From the UHGV virus genome UHGV-0205053: a stretch of DNA of 40,900 nt; one strand, written 5' to 3'. Of the stretch, positions 7,407-15,907 are shown piece after piece. The notes under the pieces are model-generated. The model was given only the letters and a program-made list of their open reading frames with translations. It was not told the DNA's origin and did not search any database. Positions within the stretch are counted from its first letter, which is position 1. Every line of letters starts with the position of its first letter. Source of the DNA: a virus. Made by a program: the position numbers and the translations under genes.

Positions 7407-7501
7407 TTCGTTAAGAGTTATCTGATGAAGTTTAAACCACATATGGTTTATTGTGTATGATGAACTCACCAACTAAGGGGGTTCTTTATGCACATTAAAC
7501 G

Positions 7502-7915
7502 GTGGTCACTATGTCGCACACGTTAACCACGGAATCGCTGAATCAGGGGCTTAGCCTGAGCGCGCTAATGTCTGTGGTCGCGGGTGTGCCGCCGGAGGTG
7601 GCTTTAGGGGCACTCGCAGGTGCGGTAATTTTCGTTACCTCAGCGGTGGAGTATCCCATAAAGCGGCGGTTACTTCTGGCGTTCCTCAGCTTCTTCTGCG
7701 GCCTTCTCTTCTACAAAGCGACAGCATCCATTCTTATCGGTATTGCCAGCATGATCCCCACGATTGCGCAGGACTCCTTTGAAAAGGGGATTATGTTTTC
7801 AGCGGGCGCATTCGTGTCGGCTATCGTCGCTGTCCGCATTGGCATCTGGCTGTATCACCGTTCTGAAAATCCGCGCGACCTGATCCCGGGGAGAAAAGAC
7901 GATGACCAGTCCTGA
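7502..7915 (+). CDS. Holin-like membrane protein (3-4 TM, charged C-terminus)
   Basis: Multiple TM helices and a C-terminus [18 protein letters not shown]. It is the first gene of the lysis cassette. Start is ambiguous (GTG 7502 or ATG 7511). Confidence 0.5.
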   Translation: MVTMSHTLTTESLNQGLSLSALMSVVAGVPPEVALGALAGAVIFVTSAVEYPIKRRLLLAFLSFFCGLLFYKATASILIGIASMIPTIAQDSFEKGIMFSAGAFVSAIVAVRIGIWLYHRSENPRDLIPGRKDDDQS

Positions 7916-8195
7916 CATGCTTCTCATTCTGAACGCCGCTATCTGCGGCGGCATTGCAATCCGAGTACTTCTTTTCCGCCGTGACGGGTCACGCCATCGC
8001 TGGTGGGGCGGATGGCTCGCATATCTGCTGATCGTCGTCGCTGCCAGCGTGCCTATCCGGACATTCTACGGGTACTACGATTCCGCCGACTGGTCAGAAA
8101 TCATTATCAAGGCCGTGTTCCTGGCTGCGCTCATCAAGACAAAAGGGAATGTGGTGCAAATATTCAAGATAACGAGGTCCCAGCATGGACATTAA
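7902..8195 (+). CDS. Second holin or antiholin-like protein (2 TM)
   Basis: Two TM helices. Overlaps the previous gene and precedes the endolysin. Confidence 0.45.
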   Translation: MTSPDMLLILNAAICGGIAIRVLLFRRDGSRHRWWGGWLAYLLIVVAASVPIRTFYGYYDSADWSEIIIKAVFLAALIKTKGNVVQIFKITRSQHGH

Positions 8196-8814
8196 TCAGT
8201 TCCAGCGTGCAGCTGGTATCAGTGAGGTGCTGGCCGCGCGCTGGTACCTGCATATCACCGCCGCCATGAAAGAGTTTGGCATCGAGCTAACGCTGCACCA
8301 GGCGATGTTTATCGCGCAGGTTGGCCATGAGTCCGGCGGCTTCACTAGGCTGCAGGAGAACTTCAACTACAGCGTGAACGGGCTGGCAGGATTCGTCCGC
8401 GCCGGACGCCTCACCCAGGGCCAGGCTAACGCGCTGGGCCGCCGTGCCGGTGAACCATCGTTACCGCTGGAGCGGCAGCGTGCGATCGCCAATCTGGTGT
8501 ACAGCAAACGCATGGGAAATAACGGGCCGACTGACGGCTGGTTTTACCGCGGGCGCGGGCTTATCCAGATCACAGGTCTGAATAATTATCGTGACTGTGG
8601 CAACGGCCTGAAGGTGGATCTTGTGCAGAAACCGGAACTGCTGGCACAGGATGAGTATGCGGCCCGCAGCGCAGCGTGGTTCTTCGCCACCAAAGGCTGC
8701 ATGAAGTACACCGGCGGCCTGGTGCGCGTCACGCAGATCATCAATGGCGGCCAGAACGGTATCGACGACCGGCGAGCGCGGTATATCACAGCCAGTAAGG
8801 TGCTGGCGGTATGA
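8185..8814 (+). CDS. Endolysin, glycoside hydrolase family 19 (chitinase-like lysozyme)
   Basis: [21 protein letters not shown] and the NYSVNGL motifs are characteristic of GH19 phage endolysins. Confidence 0.8.
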   Translation: MDINQFQRAAGISEVLAARWYLHITAAMKEFGIELTLHQAMFIAQVGHESGGFTRLQENFNYSVNGLAGFVRAGRLTQGQANALGRRAGEPSLPLERQRAIANLVYSKRMGNNGPTDGWFYRGRGLIQITGLNNYRDCGNGLKVDLVQKPELLAQDEYAARSAAWFFATKGCMKYTGGLVRVTQIINGGQNGIDDRRARYITASKVLAV

Positions 8815-9299
8815 TCTGGGCACTCGTCAAAGCGTACTGGAAACAGTTGCTTATCGTGGTGATGCTTGCTGCTCTGGTCATCGTCGGGGTGGTTGCCTGG
8901 AATGTACACGGCAGCCGCCAGTACGATGCCGGGTATGCAAAGGCACAGGAAGATCAGAAACAGGCTGATGATAAGGCCAGGTCACAACGTGATCAGGAGA
9001 AAACACAAATTGAACGTGAAGCACAATCCCGTATCGATGTGGCGCGTGTTGATGCTGAGCATGCTAATACCGCTGCTGACGGCCTGCGCGCCGAGCTTGA
9101 CAAAACCAAGCGACTCGCCGAACACTATACCGGATCTTTCCCCTCTGGCACGCCAGCCAGCAAGGTCATCGGTGTGCTCGCCGACATGCTTGAAGAAAGC
9201 AACCGAGCTTACATCGCAGCAGCAGAAGAGGCTGAGCGATATCGGTCTGCAGGACTCACATGTGAGCGACAGTACGACTCCCTGAAAACGGGGCACTGA
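8811..9299 (+). CDS. Rz-like i-spanin (N-terminal TM, coiled-coil periplasmic domain)
   Basis: N-terminal [20 protein letters not shown] followed by a charged coiled-coil. Position is after the endolysin. Confidence 0.7.
   Translation: MIWALVKAYWKQLLIVVMLAALVIVGVVAWNVHGSRQYDAGYAKAQEDQKQADDKARSQRDQEKTQIEREAQSRIDVARVDAEHANTAADGLRAELDKTKRLAEHYTGSFPSGTPASKVIGVLADMLEESNRAYIAAAEEAERYRSAGLTCERQYDSLKTGH
9037..9285 (+). CDS. Rz1-like o-spanin lipoprotein embedded entirely within Rz in the +1 frame
   Basis: [17 protein letters not shown] contains the lipobox LLTAC. The mature part is Pro-rich ([24 protein letters not shown]). Alternative starts at 9052 or 9061. Confidence 0.6.
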   Translation: MWRVLMLSMLIPLLTACAPSLTKPSDSPNTIPDLSPLARQPARSSVCSPTCLKKATELTSQQQKRLSDIGLQDSHVSDSTTP

Positions 9300-9449
9300 T
9301 TTCCGGTGACGGTATATAAAACGGTACGGTGAAAATCAGAGTTTAGAAATTTGTTACCAGTCAATTGGTTATGCATTCCGTAAATAATTGAGTGGGAATG
9401 ATGTATAGCTAGTTCATAGCACATCATATCTATTCAACTTCATCACTAA

Positions 9450-9480
9450 CCCTCTGTAATTGCAGAGGGTTTTTGTTTAT
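9450..9480 (+). terminator. Rho-independent terminator (CCCTCTG...CAGAGGG plus TTTTTGTTT)
   Basis: 7-bp stem followed by a T-run downstream of the lysis cassette. Confidence 0.55.
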
Positions 9481-9536
9481 ATCTACTCATATCTATTCAC
9501 TCTACACCACATTTTTCGACGGTACAGGTGACGGTA

Positions 9537-9551
9537 TTACCCGAAAGGTAT
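9537..9551. promoter_or_regulatory. TTACC-CGAAA-GGTAT (9/10) operator-like site upstream of int
   Basis: One mismatch to the recurring motif. About 40 nt upstream of the int start. Confidence 0.3.
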
Positions 9552-9592
9552 ACTCTCATACCGACAAAACATGGATGCATTACGGGTGAATT

Positions 9593-10846
9593 TTGCTTAC
9601 CGATACCAAACTTAAAAATCTGAAGCCGCAGGAGAAACTGTATAAGGTTTCCGACCGTGACGGGCTGTATGTCGCCGTGCTCACGTCAGGCTCTGTCTCG
9701 TTCCGCTACGACTACCGCATTAACGGCCGTCGGGAAACTCTGGTGATTGGCCAGTACGGTCGTGACGGTATCAGCCTGGCGGAAGCGCGCGAGGAACTCA
9801 TTGCCGCCAAAAAACTGCTGAAGGCAGGCCAGTCGCCAGCTGCGGCGAAACGTGACGGTATCAGGCAGATCGCCGGGGCCGAGACATTCGCGGTATATAC
9901 CGACGCCTACATGAAACACGTCACACTGGCAGACAGCACCCGGGCCATGAAGCAGGCGGTGATCGACAGGGACATCCTTCCGGCGCTCGGCAACAAGATG
10001 ATGACTGAGATAACCACCAGAGTGGTGCGCGACCTGTGCGATCGTATCGTCGAGCGTGGAGGCCGGGCTACGGCGATCCAGGTTCGGGAGATAATCAGTA
10101 GCGTTTATCGGTACGCCAATGACCGCGGGCACGGACTGTTTAATCCTGCTGCCGACATCAAGCCATCATCGATCGCCATGTTTAAGCCGCGCGAGCGCAC
10201 GCTGTCGCCTGAGGAAATTGGCATATTCTTCCGTGCGCTGGATGACGTCGGCGCGATGGGCACCATGAAGATGGCGCTGAAGCTGGTACTGCTGACGCTT
10301 GTGCGAAAAAGCGAATTTACCTACGCGACGTGGGCAGAGATCGATTTCAGGAACTGGACATGGACGATCCCCGCCGACCGAATGAAGGCAAGGCGCGCGC
10401 ATGTGATTTACCTGCCGAAGCAGGCGCAGGATCTGCTGGTCGGCCTGCAAATGTGCGCTGGTGGCAGTGAATACCTGGTGCCCGGGCGCTACAACTTCCG
10501 TAAGCCTTTATCTAACGCCGCCCTGAACTCACTTATCGACAGGACCGTGGAGACCATAAACAAAGACGGCGAGAAAATTCAGGACTTCACGGTGCATGAC
10601 CTTCGCCGGACGGCCAGCACGCTGCTGCACGAAGCTGACTATCCATCAGACTGGATCGAGAAGGCACAGGCCCACGAGCAGAAAGGCGTTCGCGCGGTGT
10701 ACAACAAAGCGGAGTATGCCAGGCAGCGCGCCTATATGTTGCAGCAGTGGGCGGATATGGTTGATTCCTGGATTAACGGGGAGCACACCGATCTGGTTCC
10801 GTTCTCCCCGTCGAAGTTTGAGAGGTGGATGGAAGGGAAGGATTAA
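9593..10846 (+). CDS. int: Tyrosine integrase, P4/CP4-57 type (N-terminal arm-binding domain plus catalytic domain)
   Basis: LTDTKLKNLKPQEKLYKVSDRDGLYVAVLTSGSVSFRYDYRINGRRETLVIGQYG is the typical IntA/P4 integrase N-terminus. Catalytic-domain motifs (HDLRRTASTLL) are present. TTG start. Confidence 0.85.
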   Translation: MLTDTKLKNLKPQEKLYKVSDRDGLYVAVLTSGSVSFRYDYRINGRRETLVIGQYGRDGISLAEAREELIAAKKLLKAGQSPAAAKRDGIRQIAGAETFAVYTDAYMKHVTLADSTRAMKQAVIDRDILPALGNKMMTEITTRVVRDLCDRIVERGGRATAIQVREIISSVYRYANDRGHGLFNPAADIKPSSIAMFKPRERTLSPEEIGIFFRALDDVGAMGTMKMALKLVLLTLVRKSEFTYATWAEIDFRNWTWTIPADRMKARRAHVIYLPKQAQDLLVGLQMCAGGSEYLVPGRYNFRKPLSNAALNSLIDRTVETINKDGEKIQDFTVHDLRRTASTLLHEADYPSDWIEKAQAHEQKGVRAVYNKAEYARQRAYMLQQWADMVDSWINGEHTDLVPFSPSKFERWMEGKD

Positions 10847-11436
10847 GCAGCCTCCACGTTTACGACGTTGATCGCGCAGCCAGGCAATAATTGCACCGCC
10901 GGGCCTTCACACTGATTCCCCCAAACGTCAAACCCATGCGACGACTGGCGGGCGAAAAGCTCAATGCGCGGCACATCGCCCAGCAACTGCACAAGTTTTT
11001 CCCGGATTACGTCAGGCTTGCGCGAATTCTCCAGGCGCGGCGCCGTGACGTGCTGGCAGATAGAGGCGTCCATGCGGGTCGGCAGTTTCCCGCGTACCGC
11101 AAACAGACAGTCTTCGCTGTTCGCCCGGGTCATGTGCCCCATGCCGATCGCGCTGTTACCTTTGTGCTTATTCGTCTTGTGCCAGGTGAATCCCTTCATG
11201 GTCATCAGCTTGAATCCCCAGGCTTCGACCACCTTCAGCGCTTCGACTGGTTGAGTCGGAACCCACCACATAGCCAGCAGGAAATCTTCAGCAGCAAGAT
11301 CCCACACCGGCAGGCGGCAGATATCCAGCACGTTCATGACCGGGTATTTAAACCCAGCGCCGCGGTTTCCGTCGGCAGCTTTGTCACGGTAGACCCAGGG
11401 CGGATCTGCATAAATCAGGGTGTATTTACCGGTCAT
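10843..11436 (-). CDS. N6-adenine DNA methyltransferase, MT-A70 family (DPPW motif)
   Basis: IYADPPWVY motif with an MT-A70-like fold. SD AAGGTGG. Confidence 0.75.
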   Translation of the reverse strand: MTGKYTLIYADPPWVYRDKAADGNRGAGFKYPVMNVLDICRLPVWDLAAEDFLLAMWWVPTQPVEALKVVEAWGFKLMTMKGFTWHKTNKHKGNSAIGMGHMTRANSEDCLFAVRGKLPTRMDASICQHVTAPRLENSRKPDVIREKLVQLLGDVPRIELFARQSSHGFDVWGNQCEGPAVQLLPGCAINVVNVEAA

Positions 11437-11879
11437 GCCGCCACCTTCTTGCTGTTCATGAGCTCAGCCAGACGCTGAGCCTTAAATGGGTTCTGAATAA
11501 CCGGGCCGCCGGGTACCAGCCACCCGCGGCGCAATGATGAATAAACCAGCGTGATACTGCCTACGCGGATATTGTCGTGCGAATTAGTCATACACCACCC
11601 ACGACTACAGATGCCGCTGTATTCCAGGTGTGGAGTACGGTTACCTTTGGTGATGCACTGCTGCCGGCGCACCGCGATACGGGCGCGCTCTACTTCACCT
11701 ACGGCAGCATCCAGACACTGGAGCCAGAGGCGGGCAGCGATGCGGTAATGCCCGCGGCGCTCGCGGTCAATGGCCCGGCTTTCTATCTCCATCGCTTCCG
11801 GCGTTACTGCCACAACTCTTTCGATACGGCGCTGAGACACATAGTCTTCGTGATAGCGCTCAAGTTTCGTCTTTTTCAT
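11433..11879 (-). CDS. Hypothetical regulator, possibly PerC/ANR-like (W..AA..W..A motif)
   Basis: HYRIAARLWLQCLDAA resembles the ANR/PerC core. The likely start is the internal ATG (MKKTKLERY) with SD AGAGGT. The ORF track starts at 11963. Confidence 0.3.
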   Translation of the reverse strand: MKKTKLERYHEDYVSQRRIERVVAVTPEAMEIESRAIDRERRGHYRIAARLWLQCLDAAVGEVERARIAVRRQQCITKGNRTPHLEYSGICSRGWCMTNSHDNIRVGSITLVYSSLRRGWLVPGGPVIQNPFKAQRLAELMNSKKVAA

Positions 11880-11988
11880 TTGATCCAGACCTCTTAACTG
11901 ATTACCGCCGCCAGCCACATCAGGTAGGCGACAACGGCCAGATACAGGTATACATCTGACCATCTGCTGACATGCTTTATCAGCGCCG

Positions 11989-12237
11989 TCATGCTGCTGC
12001 GCTCACCGGGCGATACACGCGGCGGTCAACTGGTGGCTTTTTTCCGGTGAACGTCGCCGGGCTTGCTGCCTTACGTTTATCGAGCCAGGCTTCAACTTCG
12101 CTCTGGTCCCAAGCACAGCGTCGGTCGGTGATCCAGAAACGGGACGGGAATTCGCCAGCCTGCTCCAGGCGGTCGATCGTGCTCCATGACAGTGGCACCA
12201 CCGCCAGGAGTTCCTTCTTACCAAATGCACCTTTCAT
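11989..12237 (-). CDS. AlpA-family phage transcriptional regulator or excisionase-like protein
   Basis: ELLAVVPLSWSTIDRLEQAGEFPSRFWITDRRCAWDQSEVEAWL matches the AlpA/Xis-like HTH pattern. Confidence 0.55.
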   Translation of the reverse strand: MKGAFGKKELLAVVPLSWSTIDRLEQAGEFPSRFWITDRRCAWDQSEVEAWLDKRKAASPATFTGKKPPVDRRVYRPVSAAA

Positions 12238-12286
12238 AAATACCTCTCTTGGTTGCAGGTGTGGCGCCGTGGCGCCACGGTGGTGA

Positions 12287-13174
12287 TTACATAGGGACTT
12301 CGTTCAGCTCATCGCGGCGGATGGTGTAAACGTCAGTGGCTTTAGCCAGGCGCTCATCATCGTTAGCGAGTTTTTTGGCAACATATTTGTATGCGTTGTC
12401 CAGGTCCTTCAGCGTGTTGTAGCCCATCGCTGCGTCAGTGAAAGCGCACAGAATTTCTTCTGGGTCGCGGTCATCGCTGCTCTTTGGCTTTTCTTCCTGG
12501 TGCTGCTCAGGTTTAGAGTTGATCAGTTTGTTCATACCGGATGCGGTGGCAGGCGTCGGCGTGATATCGCGTTCAACGCGCGGTGCCGTTTCCTGCAATT
12601 CGTCAGGGGTATACACGCCAAGCAAAACGTCTGAGGTGTGGAGTCTGGACCAGCGCTTGACGCACAGGTACGCCAGTTGTTGCTTTGGATCCTGTTCCCA
12701 CAGCGGAGAGTTGCGTACGCCAGCATCTTTCATGCTGATAGTGAGATAACGAGGTTCTTTTTCTCCACGCAAAGTAGCCCATACCGTTACTTTCAGATCT
12801 GGAGACTTGTCTGTTTTCCCGTTCACTTTTGACCAGTCACCATCCCATTTGTAATTCAGGCGCTCTTGTAAAAGATTGGACGAGTTGACAACTGCGCTTA
12901 CCAACTGCGCTTCGTAACCTAATTGGCCGTTGACCAGGTGTGTTTTCTGCGCAACTGCAAACGGGTTCATGCCCCACTGTGCAGCTTGCATAACTACCGC
13001 CATACAATCAGCTGGCTTTCCGGCAAGGTGAGCCGGTACGGTAACGCGGCTTTGAGACATTACCTCGGCAAACTTCATCAACTGGTTCAACCCTTCAGGG
13101 CTAAAAATTGTTGCGGCAGTGCCAGCGATTGCTGTGTTTACTGGTTCGTTGATGTTTGCGATGTCGTTGCTCAT
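12287..13174 (-). CDS. recT: RecT-family single-strand annealing recombinase
   Basis: Sequence similarity to RecT-type recombinases. Paired with the adjacent exonuclease gene. The likely start is the internal ATG (MSNDIANI) with SD GGAAGGA. The ORF track starts at 13201. Confidence 0.6.
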   Translation of the reverse strand: MSNDIANINEPVNTAIAGTAATIFSPEGLNQLMKFAEVMSQSRVTVPAHLAGKPADCMAVVMQAAQWGMNPFAVAQKTHLVNGQLGYEAQLVSAVVNSSNLLQERLNYKWDGDWSKVNGKTDKSPDLKVTVWATLRGEKEPRYLTISMKDAGVRNSPLWEQDPKQQLAYLCVKRWSRLHTSDVLLGVYTPDELQETAPRVERDITPTPATASGMNKLINSKPEQHQEEKPKSSDDRDPEEILCAFTDAAMGYNTLKDLDNAYKYVAKKLANDDERLAKATDVYTIRRDELNEVPM

Positions 13175-13992
13175 ACGTACATATCCTTCCGTTTTGCCCA
13201 TGCAGGGCGTGTTATTTTTTCGATCCCGCCCCAGTCACCGCTAACACGCGCTTCGTGGTACGCAACCAAATCTCTGCGATAAAGTTTGAATCCATCGTCT
13301 TTGTCGGCTTCTTCGAGCTCAAAAACCCTTACCGGGTAACGACCGCAGTCGATCGTTTCGCTGACGACGATGAACACAAACAGAGGTCGTTCACCAAACT
13401 GTTGATGGAAGCCATCGCTGTACATCACGTCTTGTACGTGGTACCGGAATTCTTCGACGTGAGTTCCGAACCGCGATATGTCAGCTGTCTTTTTCACATC
13501 AACAATCACTGAATGTTTTTTTAGAAACCGGTCCGGGCGGATCCTACAAAGCTCGCTTGTCTCTTTGTCATTCCAGTAAATAGATGCCTCGTTATGGCCT
13601 TCCGCCTCAAGCAACCACCTCGACGCTGGGTGAGCCATGGCACTGTCACGCATCAGCAGAAGTTTTCTTCCTTCCTCTGCATCCATCACCGTCATGCCCA
13701 TGTTCTCAACATCTTTCAGGAAGGCTTCCTGATCTGCTTTCCCCTGATTGGTTCTCAGGTTGAACTTCGGCGCCACGATGAAGCGCTTATCGAATTCTTC
13801 CGGCTCCAGCAGCAGGCAGTGCAGGGCAGTACCCATATCCAGCGCCTTCAGCTTTTCGGTGTCGACCGGCGCGGATTTCTGCCACTGCAACAGGGCCGGG
13901 CTCAACGCCACCATATCCAGCTGCGACTTACTCACGCCGTCGCCGGCGTGGTAATCCTCGTTGCTGATGTCGAAGTAAATTCCTGGCTTCAT
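13171..13992 (-). CDS. PD-(D/E)XK exonuclease (YqaJ/RecE-like recombination exonuclease)
   Basis: D..E.K nuclease motifs (VIVDVKKT). Partner of RecT. Stop and start codons overlap with neighbouring genes. Confidence 0.6.
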   Translation of the reverse strand: MKPGIYFDISNEDYHAGDGVSKSQLDMVALSPALLQWQKSAPVDTEKLKALDMGTALHCLLLEPEEFDKRFIVAPKFNLRTNQGKADQEAFLKDVENMGMTVMDAEEGRKLLLMRDSAMAHPASRWLLEAEGHNEASIYWNDKETSELCRIRPDRFLKKHSVIVDVKKTADISRFGTHVEEFRYHVQDVMYSDGFHQQFGERPLFVFIVVSETIDCGRYPVRVFELEEADKDDGFKLYRRDLVAYHEARVSGDWGGIEKITRPAWAKRKDMYV

Positions 13993-14288
13993 GCCGCGTT
14001 CCTCGCCGTGTCCAGCTGGTCAGCCAGATCCCACTTAGCGATGATGCTGGTCATCGCGGCCTGGTACGCTGCGAGAGCCTCTTCAAATTCAGCGCTCATC
14101 ATCAGCTCTTCAAGAATCTCGGTGCGCACGCCTTTGCGACCAAGCTCGTAAAACGGCGCCTGTAGCTGGTGGTGCTTAATTGCGTCGATCAGCTCTACCT
14201 GGCGCTCGTAGTGCAGCTGGCTCAGCTGATAGTCGCTGTCGATACTGGTCATGATTTTTTTCAGGTTGTTAATCTGCTGGATGTTCAC
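13989..14288 (-). CDS. Hypothetical protein
   Basis: ORF with a GTG start overlapping the stop codon of the upstream small ORF. Confidence 0.35.
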   Translation of the reverse strand: MNIQQINNLKKIMTSIDSDYQLSQLHYERQVELIDAIKHHQLQAPFYELGRKGVRTEILEELMMSAEFEEALAAYQAAMTSIIAKWDLADQLDTARNAA

Positions 14289-14434
14289 TTGCTCACCCCC
14301 ATATTCATTTCAGTTTTTACTGCCATCTTGGTGACAAACGCCCAGTTGATGGCCTCATGCAGAGTGCGGCACTTGGTGCTCATCAGCCCGCACGCCGTAA
14401 CGCAGTACCAACCGTTGATGATTTTCCACTGCAT
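14285..14434 (-). CDS. 49-aa Cys-rich small protein, first gene of the leftward early operon
   Basis: SD GAGGT 9 nt upstream of the ATG at 14434. Four Cys residues (CVTACGLMSTKC). Its stop overlaps the GTG start of the next gene (GTGA). Not in the ORF track because it is under 60 aa. Confidence 0.3.
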   Translation of the reverse strand: MQWKIINGWYCVTACGLMSTKCRTLHEAINWAFVTKMAVKTEMNMGVSK

Positions 14435-14440
14435 AATTCG

Positions 14441-14528
14441 TTACCTCAGTGTTACCGTTGAGGTAATAATTATCCTTATGTGGTTTGAAGTCAATAGGTA
14501 TGATTATAAAAAATTACCCGTAAGGTAA
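14441..14528. promoter_or_regulatory. OL-like region: TTACCTCA-N10-TGAGGTAA (14441-14466) and TTACC-CGTAA-GGTAA (14514-14528)
   Basis: Two copies of the recurring palindrome family between the repressor gene's 3' end and the start of the leftward early operon. Confidence 0.45.
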
Positions 14529-14540
14529 TTTTAAGGGCAA

Positions 14541-14565
14541 TAAAAAAGCCGCTCAATGGCGGCTT
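14541..14565 (-). terminator. Rho-independent terminator of the repressor gene (AAGCCGC...GCGGCTT plus TTTTTT on the minus strand)
   Basis: Hairpin followed by a T-run, reading the minus strand. Confidence 0.55.
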
Positions 14566-14585
14566 AGTGTCTGAAATGTATTGCT

Positions 14586-15176
14586 TTACTCTTGCGTTTT
14601 ACCGTTCTGAACAATCACGAAATCGACGTAGCTCTCGATCTTACTTTTCTCGCTCTCAGGTAACAATGCGTAGCGGGCCCGGTCGTAATGAATGGTCGCC
14701 GGGTCGCGGGGATGGATGAGCAGTTCATAGCCGCGGCGCCCGAACGCGCTGGCGATCGCCTCCAGGGTGGAGATAGAAACGCTAACCTCGTTGTTCAGCA
14801 TGCGGTTGATTGTCGCCTGGGCAACGCCGGACGCTTTCGACAGCTTGCCCTGGGAGGACAGGTCGCGGTTGTTTTGCATCCACAACTCGAGGTTATGCGC
14901 CGCCAGCTGGCCAATGTCGGAAGGGGTGATTTCTTCCTGGGGGATGGCAACGGCAGATAATGAGTGGTCGATGTCCAGCCAGTTGGTAGGCTTGTTCGCC
15001 GCTTTCTCAAGTTTTCGGGCAACAGTATCGCCGACAACCTTCTGACCGCGGGCCCAGCGGTTAACCAGGTTCGCCTGAGTGCCCAGTTTTTCCGCCAGAC
15101 GAGTCTGCACCCCGTTAAAGTCACGGTCGATGATATCGTTAATATTCTGCCTGCGGATATCCTGAATACTTTTCAT
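14586..15176 (-). CDS. CI-like lysogeny repressor with tandem HTH domains and no S24 peptidase domain
   Basis: Two XRE/CI-like HTH segments (GVQTRLAEKLGTQANLVNRWARGQ and LSKASGVAQATINRMLNN). Divergent from a Cro-like gene. No Ala-Gly/Ser/Lys autocleavage module. Confidence 0.55.
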   Translation of the reverse strand: MKSIQDIRRQNINDIIDRDFNGVQTRLAEKLGTQANLVNRWARGQKVVGDTVARKLEKAANKPTNWLDIDHSLSAVAIPQEEITPSDIGQLAAHNLELWMQNNRDLSSQGKLSKASGVAQATINRMLNNEVSVSISTLEAIASAFGRRGYELLIHPRDPATIHYDRARYALLPESEKSKIESYVDFVIVQNGKTQE

Positions 15177-15231
15177 GCTCTGGTGAATCGCCTCATATAT
15201 GAATTAGTTAGAGGTTCAATTAAAAGCGAAT

Positions 15232-15294
15232 TTACCTCACAGGTAAATGCACCCAACAGGTAACAAACCTTGATTTTTATTACCTTCTGGGTGA
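15232..15294. promoter_or_regulatory. OR-like tripartite operator: TTACC-TCACA-GGTAA (perfect; extends to TTTACCT-CAC-AGGTAAA), a half-site GGTAA at 15259, and TTACC-TTCTG-GGTGA (9/10)
   Basis: Read in the repressor/cro intergenic region. Geometry resembles 17-bp lambdoid operators. Confidence 0.55.
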
Positions 15295-15330
15295 ATATTT
15301 GTTATCTGAAATTAATATCAGGCAATAGCT

Positions 15331-15561
15331 ATGACCGAGAACGAAAAATTCGATTTCAAAAAACACTGGTTGCAACTCACTCCTGATGAGCGAAATGCCT
15401 TTGCAGACGAGGCCGGAACGACCAGCCACTACATCCAGACGCATCTCACAGGCCGCCGGAAAATGCCCGGTAAGACATTGATGAATGGGCTGTTTAAGGC
15501 ATGTAAACAACGCGGCTGGGTCAGAACAAAGCCGGAACTGGCTATCTTCTTCTACGAATAA
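15331..15561 (+). CDS. cro: Cro-like small HTH regulator
   Basis: 76 aa, divergent from the repressor gene. HTH-like segment NAFADEAGTTSHYIQTHLTG. Confidence 0.55.
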   Translation: MTENEKFDFKKHWLQLTPDERNAFADEAGTTSHYIQTHLTGRRKMPGKTLMNGLFKACKQRGWVRTKPELAIFFYE

Positions 15562-15582
15562 AACCTCTTTCAAACCCTCATC

Positions 15583-15608
15583 AGGCCGCCTTCTGGCGGT
15601 CTTTTCAT
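15583..15608 (+). terminator. tR1-like terminator after cro (GGCCGCC-ttct-GGCGGTC plus TTTTC)
   Basis: Hairpin plus T-run between cro and the downstream early genes. Confidence 0.5.
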
Positions 15609-15712
15609 ATCTATTCAGTCCTCTTGGGTAATAATGATCCGAATATGGTTGATCTTTTTTCGGCCATCGCACAAAATTACCGATAACAATAACCAAACGA
15701 GGGGCCGTTTTC

Positions 15713-15907
15713 GTGAAAATCGTCACCAGAATGGAGGCCGCCAGGGCTGGCCTTAACAGATTCTACACCGGCAAGGCCTGCCGGAATGGTCATAAGGCGG
15801 AGCGCTACGTACTGAATGGCACCTGTGTTGAGTGCGCACTTCAGAGCGCAAACCGTCATCGCAGCGAGTTCTCATCCGCTCTCAAATCTGCACGGGGTGA
15901 AGCATGA
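15713..15907 (+). CDS. Small zinc-ribbon-like protein (CxxGH...CxxC)
   Basis: CRNGHKAERYVLNGTCVEC. GTG start with SD GAGGGG. Confidence 0.3.
   Translation: MKIVTRMEAARAGLNRFYTGKACRNGHKAERYVLNGTCVECALQSANRHRSEFSSALKSARGEA

Larger units (their letters stand above)
9305..9551. repeat. Candidate attP or arm-site region: 11-mer GGTGACGGTAT x2 (9305, 9526), 13-mer TCATATCTATTCA x2 (9424, 9487), and related ATCTAYTCA sub-repeats
   Basis: Exact direct repeats read in the non-coding 290 bp immediately upstream of the integrase gene. A third copy of the 13-mer is at 15605. Confidence 0.4.
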
